Origin: a virus
Taxonomy: Duplodnaviria; Caudoviricetes
Virus record (IMG/VR): IMGVR_UViG_3300011116_000523
Location: 1 to 34,902 of that record
Reading direction: 5' to 3' (one strand)
DNA length: 34,902 nt
The translations under genes were made by a program, and so were the position numbers. This document shows, in pieces, positions 1 through 6,003 of this stretch; the stretch's first letter is position 1; each line of letters starts with the position of its first letter. Below the pieces are notes generated by a model. That model saw nothing but the letters and a program-made list of their open reading frames with translations, made no database searches and had not been told where the DNA came from.

Positions 1-5
1 TGACG

Positions 6-83
6 TCACCCATGGAGGATATCCCCCGCCACAACAGCGGCAAGAACGATTGCCGCCGCAACCCACACTTTTGCGTCAAACAT
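6..83 (-). CDS. 25-aa hydrophobic peptide (MFDAKVWVAAAIVLAAVVAGDILHG)
   Basis: Read by hand, below the ORF-track cutoff. AGGAG RBS upstream of the ATG at 83; one TM-like stretch; follows 93..296 in the same orientation. Confidence 0.5.
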   Translation of the reverse strand: MFDAKVWVAAAIVLAAVVAGDILHG

Positions 84-92
84 CCTGCGCTC

Positions 93-296
93 CTAAGTTT
101 TGCTGTTCCGTTTGCTTCTCATTAGGCGGAGCGCGGTTTCGTACCCCGCCAAATAATCTGGATCAGATGACAGCCGCGGCGTGCCACATCGCGCGTCCTG
201 CGATCCGTGCTCGCGGCGGACAGATGGCGCGGGTTCAAAGAGCCCCCTTCGATCATCGGCAATCACCATCAGCATGGCCGTTTGCAGCGCGTCCAC
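93..296 (-). CDS. hypothetical phage protein, 67 aa
   Basis: GTG start preceded by TAAGGAG, which overlaps the stop codon of the upstream gene. Confidence 0.65.
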   Translation of the reverse strand: MDALQTAMLMVIADDRRGLFEPAPSVRREHGSQDARCGTPRLSSDPDYLAGYETALRLMRSKRNSKT

Positions 297-307
297 GTCA
301 CCACTCC

Positions 308-919
308 TTATTTCCGTTTGCGCTTCGGGAACGGGCGGCCACTAGCCTTGAACTCCCGGAACGCCCGCTCCGCTGTCCACTTGATCGGCTTGCCCGTAGC
401 CACGTCCTTGCACGGTGGCATATGGGCAACCGCGTCTTTGTTCGTCAGGTAGCTGCGAGAATGCCAGATGCGCTTTGCTTCGGCGAGTACCGCCGTGCAG
501 TCGGCTGCTGGCCGTCCACGCTTGAATGCGCCTCGGGGAAGTTGCCTGCCGCCGCCGCGAATGTTCCGCGCCGCCTCGGCCAGCATTTGCCGCCGCTGCT
601 CGCGATCATCGCTGCGCAGACCTGTGAGTGCTTCGTGGATCGTCACGCCGTAAGCCGTAAAATCGGCTATGATCTCGCCGGGCTGATCGGCGGGCGGCAC
701 GTCGTCTTTGGTGCGCGCCGTTGGGGCCATCGACAGAGCGGCAATATAGACGGTATCACCCTGCCGAGTGATCCTGACGACATCGCGCCAGCTCGGGCAA
801 TCGACGCCGACGTGGATGATGCGGGAGGCCCCGGCGGCTCTAACGACATCCTCTTGCCTCTGCCGCGAAAGGCGATCAGAGGGGAATGTCAAACCGATCT
901 TGGTAGGATCAACAAGCAT
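308..919 (-). CDS. degenerate serine resolvase/invertase-like DNA-binding protein (203 aa)
   Basis: Resolvase-like pattern: IGLTFPS (cf. IGYARVS), RQ..VRAAG, R.GDTVYI, GVTI, then a GRP hinge and a basic, HTH-like C-terminus. The catalytic Arg residues appear to be missing. ATG at 919 preferred over the TTG at 955. Confidence 0.6.
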   Translation of the reverse strand: MLVDPTKIGLTFPSDRLSRQRQEDVVRAAGASRIIHVGVDCPSWRDVVRITRQGDTVYIAALSMAPTARTKDDVPPADQPGEIIADFTAYGVTIHEALTGLRSDDREQRRQMLAEAARNIRGGGRQLPRGAFKRGRPAADCTAVLAEAKRIWHSRSYLTNKDAVAHMPPCKDVATGKPIKWTAERAFREFKASGRPFPKRKRK

Positions 920-926
920 TGTCGAA

Positions 927-971
927 AACGTACAGAACGCACTTGAATAAGTCAAGCCACTAAGCTAGATT
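927..971. promoter_or_regulatory. overlapping divergent sigma70-type promoters with inverted repeat CTTGA-N5-TCAAG
   Basis: Plus strand TTGAAT(943-948)-N17-TAGATT(966-971); minus strand TTGACT(955-950)-N17-TACGTT(932-927). The two -35 boxes lie within the inverted repeat at 942-956. Confidence 0.6.
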
Positions 972-998
972 ACCAACATCAGATCACGGGAGATCGTC

Positions 999-1136
999 AT
1001 GACATATCGCGGTATCGAGATCATTATTGAGGATGACGGCCGTTGGTTCGTGCATCCAGAGGATGGCACCGGCAAGCTAGTTGAGGTGCGCGACAGCGCG
1101 GCTGCAATCCGGTTCATTGACGCCATGCTTGGCTAA
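999..1136 (+). CDS. 45-aa hypothetical protein (MTYRGIEIIIEDDGRWFVH...)
   Basis: Read by hand. GGGAGA RBS at 988-993; first gene after the plus-strand promoter. Confidence 0.7.
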   Translation: MTYRGIEIIIEDDGRWFVHPEDGTGKLVEVRDSAAAIRFIDAMLG

Positions 1137-1155
1137 CCAGGAAAGGCCGCTTGCC

Positions 1156-1572
1156 ATGGACCTAACTCTAACCGTGCATTGCTGCCTGTGCTCGCGGCAG
1201 ACTGAGCACGTTGTGACAATGCCTCCGGGTTGGGACCATGCTGTCGGAGGCATCGACAGCGAGCGAGATGGCTTCTGCCCTGATCATGCGGCGGTGAAGC
1301 CGTTCACCGATGAGCAATGCCCTGGCTGTGTTGGTGGCTGGGGCGATTGCGGGCTGTGGGAGTCGTTTGCTTACTCCGGCCGTCGCTCACTGGCGCCAGA
1401 CGACTTTACGAAGATCGAGCGTGGCATTTGCCCGAAGCGAGTCAACGGAACGTTCGGCGTCTCTCCGCGCGGGATCGAGCAGTTAGACTTGAGCACGAGA
1501 GCCACGACCGAGTCCGGTATTGCCCTTGCAATGGCGATCCGTGATTACTGGACGACGTACCCTGAGAAATGA
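1156..1572 (+). CDS. Cys-rich hypothetical protein (138 aa), possibly Zn-binding
   Basis: ATG follows the GAAAGG repeat; contains CCLC, FCPDH, CPGC and ICP motifs. Confidence 0.75.
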   Translation: MDLTLTVHCCLCSRQTEHVVTMPPGWDHAVGGIDSERDGFCPDHAAVKPFTDEQCPGCVGGWGDCGLWESFAYSGRRSLAPDDFTKIERGICPKRVNGTFGVSPRGIEQLDLSTRATTESGIALAMAIRDYWTTYPEK

Positions 1573-1593
1573 TCCACAAGAAAGGCCGCTAGG

Positions 1594-1890
1594 ATGCCGC
1601 GCAAGCCAAAGCTGAGAAAGTGGCAGGAGGATTATGACCGCGCCGCCGCTATGCTCGCTGGTGAGCCCGGAAGGCTGGAATGGGCCACTGACGACTATGT
1701 GGCGTTTCGGTATGTCGAGGACGGCGCACGCCTTGTGTTCTACCCGCACAAGCACTCATGCGGGCAGCACTTCATCCGGGTTCGGAAAGAGGCGAGCAAG
1801 GATAGAAACAGAGCCGAAGCGCTCATCAGGCATGTCACCGATTACATGAAGCACGGCGTTCACGTCGCTTTTAGACAGAAGAACCATTGA
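1594..1890 (+). CDS. basic hypothetical protein (98 aa)
   Basis: ATG follows the GAAAGGCCGCT repeat; tightly packed with its neighbours. Confidence 0.75.
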   Translation: MPRKPKLRKWQEDYDRAAAMLAGEPGRLEWATDDYVAFRYVEDGARLVFYPHKHSCGQHFIRVRKEASKDRNRAEALIRHVTDYMKHGVHVAFRQKNH

Positions 1891-1905
1891 CCAAGAAAGG
1901 CCGCT

Positions 1906-2142
1906 ATGTCGCCGACGCCAAAACAACTCAGTCTGCTCCGTATCGTTGCGAAGGCACGGCACGGGCTGGATCATGAGGATAAGAAATTGGTGCCGTTCTG
2001 CGACGACGTTGAACCAACCGATACGTTCAACCAGTGCCACGAGGCTGGATGGCTCAAAACGTGGCACAACAGCCTCATGGACTGTTCCACGGTGGTGATC
2101 ACTCAAGCTGGCCGCGAAGCTCTTGCGGCGCTGTCAACTTAG
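1906..2142 (+). CDS. hypothetical protein, possible winged-helix (78 aa)
   Basis: ATG immediately after the repeat. TPKQLSLLR...GWL...ITQAGREAL resembles small wHTH proteins. Confidence 0.7.
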   Translation: MSPTPKQLSLLRIVAKARHGLDHEDKKLVPFCDDVEPTDTFNQCHEAGWLKTWHNSLMDCSTVVITQAGREALAALST

Positions 2143-2228
2143 GGCCCGTCAGTAATGCCAGACGGTAAAGAAGGCTATCAAGGTAATGCCGACGACGATA
2201 CTTCCGACGCCGGCCCAACACGTGCGAG

Positions 2229-2477
2229 CTAGTTTGCGATGCCGGCCTTGATCATGCGCGCTATGATAGCCCCGATGTCTGACGACTTGAGCGATAGTCC
2301 CAGGCCCGCCGCCCACAAAGCTCCTGCCGTCGCTACCCTTGAGGCCCATGCTTTGACCGTAGAAATGTCGGTCTCGATGTGGGTCACTCTGTGGTCTAGT
2401 TCTTGGATCTGCTCGGAGTGAGTATTGACCCTCTCCAGGTAGCGCCCCAGTTCGATAAGGTAGTCCGTTGACGGCAT
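2229..2477 (-). CDS. holin/XhlA-like small membrane protein (coiled coil + TM)
   Basis: Heptad N-terminal half (IQELDHRVTHIETDI) followed by a hydrophobic segment; lies at the end of the lysis module. Confidence 0.6.
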   Translation of the reverse strand: MPSTDYLIELGRYLERVNTHSEQIQELDHRVTHIETDISTVKAWASRVATAGALWAAGLGLSLKSSDIGAIIARMIKAGIAN

Positions 2478-2495
2478 CGGTCATGTTTCCTGCTC

Positions 2496-2764
2496 CACTC
2501 AGGACGCGCTAGAGGGCAACGATATGGATTGGACGCCAACAGCAGAGATCGGCAAGGCTCACGACATCATCGCAATCAAATTGGTTGCGGAGGTCAGCCC
2601 GCACGACAGCACGGAAGATCAAGCCTATTGGTGGGGACGCTCAATCTACCAGATTGCTGAGATTGTCGACGGCGAGGTGAGGTGCCAAGGTCGCGTGGTG
2701 AAACCGTCTGGGATTGTCGGCTGGATTCAGCTTCCTGACTAGTTCACTCGGACGCGCTATAGGG
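2496..2764 (+). repeat. imperfect direct repeat CACTC(A)GGACGCGCTA(G/T)AGGG at 2496-2516 and 2745-2764
   Basis: Each copy precedes one of two antisense small genes; both also have TTCCTG just upstream. Confidence 0.85.
2524..2742 (+). CDS. hypothetical protein (72 aa), antisense moron in the lysis module
   Basis: GAGGG RBS. The MDWTP...GWIQLP termini resemble small DUF551-like phage proteins. Confidence 0.7.
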   Translation: MDWTPTAEIGKAHDIIAIKLVAEVSPHDSTEDQAYWWGRSIYQIAEIVDGEVRCQGRVVKPSGIVGWIQLPD

Positions 2765-2771
2765 ATGTGAG

Positions 2772-2999
2772 ATGGCAGGCAAAGTCAGCAAAGAACGCAA
2801 ATTGGCGGCGCTCCAAGCGTTGCGGTCGGTCATGGCTGAGCATCGTATCGGCTTCGGCTATACGAACGATGACGATGGCGTTCATCTAATTTTTGAGGAC
2901 GGCACGGACGCCAACATTGGATGGTCAGGCTTCGACATCAAAGACCATCCCGATTTCGGCAACGTTGATGTTTTCATTGCCGAACTGTCTAAGCCCTAA
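2772..2999 (+). CDS. hypothetical protein (75 aa), antisense moron
   Basis: AGGGA RBS; fills the gap and its stop overlaps the o-spanin stop. Confidence 0.7.
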   Translation: MAGKVSKERKLAALQALRSVMAEHRIGFGYTNDDDGVHLIFEDGTDANIGWSGFDIKDHPDFGNVDVFIAELSKP

Positions 3000-3277
3000 C
3001 CCCCCGCCACCTTGACCGGCGCCTTGGCAGGGCACGCTGGTTTCAGCTTTGCATCCGGCTTCTGGCAGGAGAAAGCGATCCGGCCTTCGTTGTTCTGCAG
3101 GATGCGGGACGCCGTCTCATCGGTCAGTTTGTCCTGTGGGCACTGGTCGATCTGCTTCCAGACCTGGCAGACCTTGGCCGTGTCAACAACCGGGACAGTA
3201 CTTCCGGCGCAGTTCGGCAGCAGCGCCAAAGACAGGAACGCTGCGCTGAGCTTCAGCAGATTTGGACGTGAGCGCAT
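2996..3277 (-). CDS. o-spanin (Rz1-like) lipoprotein
   Basis: Start taken at ATG 3277: signal peptide MRSRPNLLKLSAAFLSLALLPN-C with lipobox-like Cys and further Cys residues; overlaps the 3' end of the i-spanin candidate. Confidence 0.7.
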   Translation of the reverse strand: MRSRPNLLKLSAAFLSLALLPNCAGSTVPVVDTAKVCQVWKQIDQCPQDKLTDETASRILQNNEGRIAFSCQKPDAKLKPACPAKAPVKVAGG

Positions 3278-3446
3278 CGGTTTTCCTCGAGCTTTCGATG
3301 AGAACGTTACGCTCAACTTTCTTGTCGTGACTGTAGAGCCAGCCGAACCATGCAACGCCCGCCGCAACCAGTAGCGCCGCATAGGTCTCGGCTTTGGTCA
3401 CCATGGACGGTAGGCCGGTGACGAAACCGAACAGCTTTGCAATCAT
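3183..3446 (-). CDS. i-spanin (Rz-like) membrane protein
   Basis: N-terminal TM, helical periplasmic region and C-terminal Cys; directly follows the endolysin with an ATGA overlap. Confidence 0.65.
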   Translation of the reverse strand: MIAKLFGFVTGLPSMVTKAETYAALLVAAGVAWFGWLYSHDKKVERNVLIESSRKTDALTSKSAEAQRSVPVFGAAAELRRKYCPGC

Positions 3447-4276
3447 GCCGGTGTCCTCCGGAAATAGACCAGCAGCGCCGCCCCGAGCCCAGCCAGAACC
3501 AGCGGCGCCGAGTAGGTGCCGAACGTGGCGTGAAGCTGTTTCAGAAACTCAAGGATATCGTGCCAGTAGGTGTAGAGCATCGCCAGTAGGCCGCCGCCGG
3601 CGCTGGCTTGGACAAGCGGCTTGCCATCGGGCGGCGGCGGTTCCGCCTTGCGGTTGCTGGCGGGGCTTGGCTGCTGCGGGTCGGCCGTGGCACCACCCGC
3701 CGACACCAGCTCGAACCCGGCCTTATCGGACAGCGCCTTGAGCAGCGGCATGCACCCTATCTGCGGGTCCATGACCGACTTTGAGAACACATGGTCGCGG
3801 ATGTACTTGCCGCGCTGCTGGTGGTTTGTGCCGCCCCACAGATACGGGCTCGGAATGTTGATTGAGGCGCTGCGATAACCGAAACCGTTCATGCGCTCGC
3901 AGCACCATGCGATCTGCTCGACGGTCCATTCCGTGATCTGGTCGAATTTCTTGAGCTTCAGCGCATCGACGGCGCTGTTGACCCACGTGAACGGACCTTT
4001 GCCGGGAGGACGATTGGCAGGAACGTTGACTGTCGGACGGGAAAGAGAATCGCCGTTGTGCAGATGCGTGCAGCAGCCGCCGCCGCCTTCGCGAATGTCG
4101 AAGATGCCGACGAGATACCACGGCACGCCGGTCATCTTCTCCACCGCCTCGTAATTGGCGCGGTACTGTAGGACGTGCTCGGCGATGTGGTCGATCTGTG
4201 CGTGATCGCGCACAATCTCCATCGTGTCCCAGAGGGTGCTATATTCTGGGGACAGCGTTTTGAAGTCGTTGGCCAT
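3443..4276 (-). CDS. endolysin, lysozyme-like (COG5526-type) with C-terminal hydrophobic segments
   Basis: Motifs TGVPW, IRE, HLHNGD, VPANRP, SAVDAL, ERMNGFGY, SPYLWGGT, GKY and DPQIG; then a Pro-rich linker and two TM-like segments. Confidence 0.85.
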   Translation of the reverse strand: MANDFKTLSPEYSTLWDTMEIVRDHAQIDHIAEHVLQYRANYEAVEKMTGVPWYLVGIFDIREGGGGCCTHLHNGDSLSRPTVNVPANRPPGKGPFTWVNSAVDALKLKKFDQITEWTVEQIAWCCERMNGFGYRSASINIPSPYLWGGTNHQQRGKYIRDHVFSKSVMDPQIGCMPLLKALSDKAGFELVSAGGATADPQQPSPASNRKAEPPPPDGKPLVQASAGGGLLAMLYTYWHDILEFLKQLHATFGTYSAPLVLAGLGAALLVYFRRTPA

Positions 4277-4305
4277 TTTGCTTGTGCAGCCCTAGAGTTG
4301 GACGC

Positions 4306-4857
4306 ATGGAACAATGGCGAACAATTGACTGGATTGACGGCTACACTGGTACGATAGAGGTATCAGACCACGGGCGTGTGCGGCGTTCCGCAATGACCTA
4401 TACGCTGATGCGAAACGGTGTCACCGTCATTTCAACCAAACCGGCCCAAGCCCTGAAGGGAGAGCGCGGAGCACACGGCTACCAATGCGTATCTGTCTAC
4501 ATGCGCAAGAAACGTCACCGCTTCCTTGTGCACCGTCTTGTGGCCCGTGCCTTTGTTGATGGCTACGCCGAGAACCTAACGGTAAACCATATCAACGGCG
4601 ACAAGAACGACAACAGAGCAAGCAATCTTGAGTGGGTTACGTTGGCCGAAAATACCGCTAAGCAATGGCAAACTGGCCTAGTTGATCTTCGCGGCGACAA
4701 GCACCCAGGGCGTCGGATCAATTCAGCCATTGCCGCACAGATCAGAGAACGCGCTAAACGCGGCGAACCGGCAAGCCGAATTGCAGAAGATTTTGGCGTA
4801 AGCAATAGCCTTGTGTGGCTGATACGAGACGGAAAGCGGTGGGCATCAACGATTTGA
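4306..4857 (+). CDS. NUMOD4-HNH homing endonuclease with C-terminal HTH
   Basis: EQWRTI..EVSDHGRVR (NUMOD4) and VHRLVARAF..VNHINGDKNDNRASNLEWVT (HNH_3). Antisense insertion. ATG 4306 lies 7 nt after a TAGAGT -10-like box. Confidence 0.9.
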   Translation: MEQWRTIDWIDGYTGTIEVSDHGRVRRSAMTYTLMRNGVTVISTKPAQALKGERGAHGYQCVSVYMRKKRHRFLVHRLVARAFVDGYAENLTVNHINGDKNDNRASNLEWVTLAENTAKQWQTGLVDLRGDKHPGRRINSAIAAQIRERAKRGEPASRIAEDFGVSNSLVWLIRDGKRWASTI

Positions 4858-4884
4858 TCAGGGCCAATCCTGCATTGCCGATGA

Positions 4885-5316
4885 TCATGGCCAGACCACC
4901 TGCGGAAGCTCTGCCACGAACTCGGCAATGGTCGGCTGTGCCCGCTGCCCGCCTTGCACCTTGGCCAGTTCACCGTAGGCATAGGCCCACACGGCATCCC
5001 GCCATGTGTTGAAGGTTGCCGCTTCTGCCGCCCATGATGGGTTGGTGCTGGACAGATAGCTGACGAGAGCCACGCCGTTGTCGTAGCCGCGAGCTTGCGC
5101 CGTTCCGTCAATGTGAGATTGTATGGCGTGGCCGTAGTCGGTGACTGTGGGCGGCGGTGGCGGCGCTGGCTCCGGATCGGGCTCAACGGTGATCCCGCGC
5201 GCCGCGATTTCTTCCGGCGTGGACAGGGCGAGGAAGTTGCCCGGGAATGCAAACCCGTCCAGTTCGAACGGTACGCCATGAAACAGTTCACGCCGGTTGG
5301 CGTCGAAGTAGCGCAT
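4885..5316 (-). CDS. tail fibre assembly/accessory protein
   Basis: AQARGYD..SY..S....WAAEA....WRDAVW...PT..EF..ELP pattern typical of proteins encoded downstream of tail fibres. Confidence 0.7.
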   Translation of the reverse strand: MRYFDANRRELFHGVPFELDGFAFPGNFLALSTPEEIAARGITVEPDPEPAPPPPPTVTDYGHAIQSHIDGTAQARGYDNGVALVSYLSSTNPSWAAEAATFNTWRDAVWAYAYGELAKVQGGQRAQPTIAEFVAELPQVVWP

Positions 5317-5325
5317 GGGAGCCTC

Positions 5326-6003
5326 TTAGAAGGATGCGGCGCACATGCCGCCGTTGGCCGACGTGCCGCCCGTGATTGTCACTGTGATGTTGGTGCCATC
5401 GGTTGCCGCTGTGCGCGCTCCAACCATGGTCGGGCTGCCGCCGAAAATGCCGTCATAATCTTCGGTGATGGCGGGCGTGCCGCCACCGGACACGCTTTCG
5501 GTGTAGGTCGGCGATCCGTTGTCGCACGAAGTCATGATGACGAAACCGCCGTTGGATGTGGCAAACGCGGCTGTCGCATGAGGACTGGACGATGACGTGT
5601 TGGTGCCCGTACCGACGGCCGTTCCAGATAAAAGACCAGTGGCGGTCCACACGATGATGCCGCAACGGTCTGATGCAGCCGAACCATTAACGACGATGGT
5701 GGCTGTGGTTCCGGTCGGCACCGCAGCCGTCCATATCTCTGAGGTGCCGGTTCCGCGCTGGCTGCGAACCTGACGCGTTGCGGAAATGCCGCCGACCGTC
5801 ATTGAACTTCCAGTGGCACCCGTGTTCAGGAGATGCACCGCGACGATGACAATCCGATCCGATGTTGCCGTCCCTATGGCCTGCGACGAAAACGTATAGT
5901 TTGTGGATGTGGTGCCGCTGGTTTGCGTTTGATACGTCACCACCTTCGGGCCGCCGCCCGCCGCTGGTTTGCCCGTGATCGTCGTGGGAAAGAATATCGG
6001 CAT
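5326..6003 (-). CDS. tail fibre-associated beta-rich protein
   Basis: Thr/Gly/Ser-rich, coupled to the tail fibre by a TAATG overlap. Confidence 0.7.
   Translation of the reverse strand: MPIFFPTTITGKPAAGGGPKVVTYQTQTSGTTSTNYTFSSQAIGTATSDRIVIVAVHLLNTGATGSSMTVGGISATRQVRSQRGTGTSEIWTAAVPTGTTATIVVNGSAASDRCGIIVWTATGLLSGTAVGTGTNTSSSSPHATAAFATSNGGFVIMTSCDNGSPTYTESVSGGGTPAITEDYDGIFGGSPTMVGARTAATDGTNITVTITGGTSANGGMCAASF

Larger units (their letters stand above)
1141..1905 (+). repeat. 3x dispersed 11-bp direct repeat GAAAGGCCGCT (1141-1151, 1580-1590, 1895-1905)
   Basis: Each copy lies between the stop of one small gene and the ATG of the next. Confidence 0.9.

Noticed and set aside
50-946. 298-aa plus-strand ORF
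   Set aside because: Overlaps better-supported minus-strand genes with RBS or promoter signals; TTG start and unconvincing composition.
1141-2764. CRISPR array or true integron attC sites
   Set aside because: The repeats are 11-21 bp, separated by whole genes, non-palindromic, with no cas or tyrosine integrase gene.
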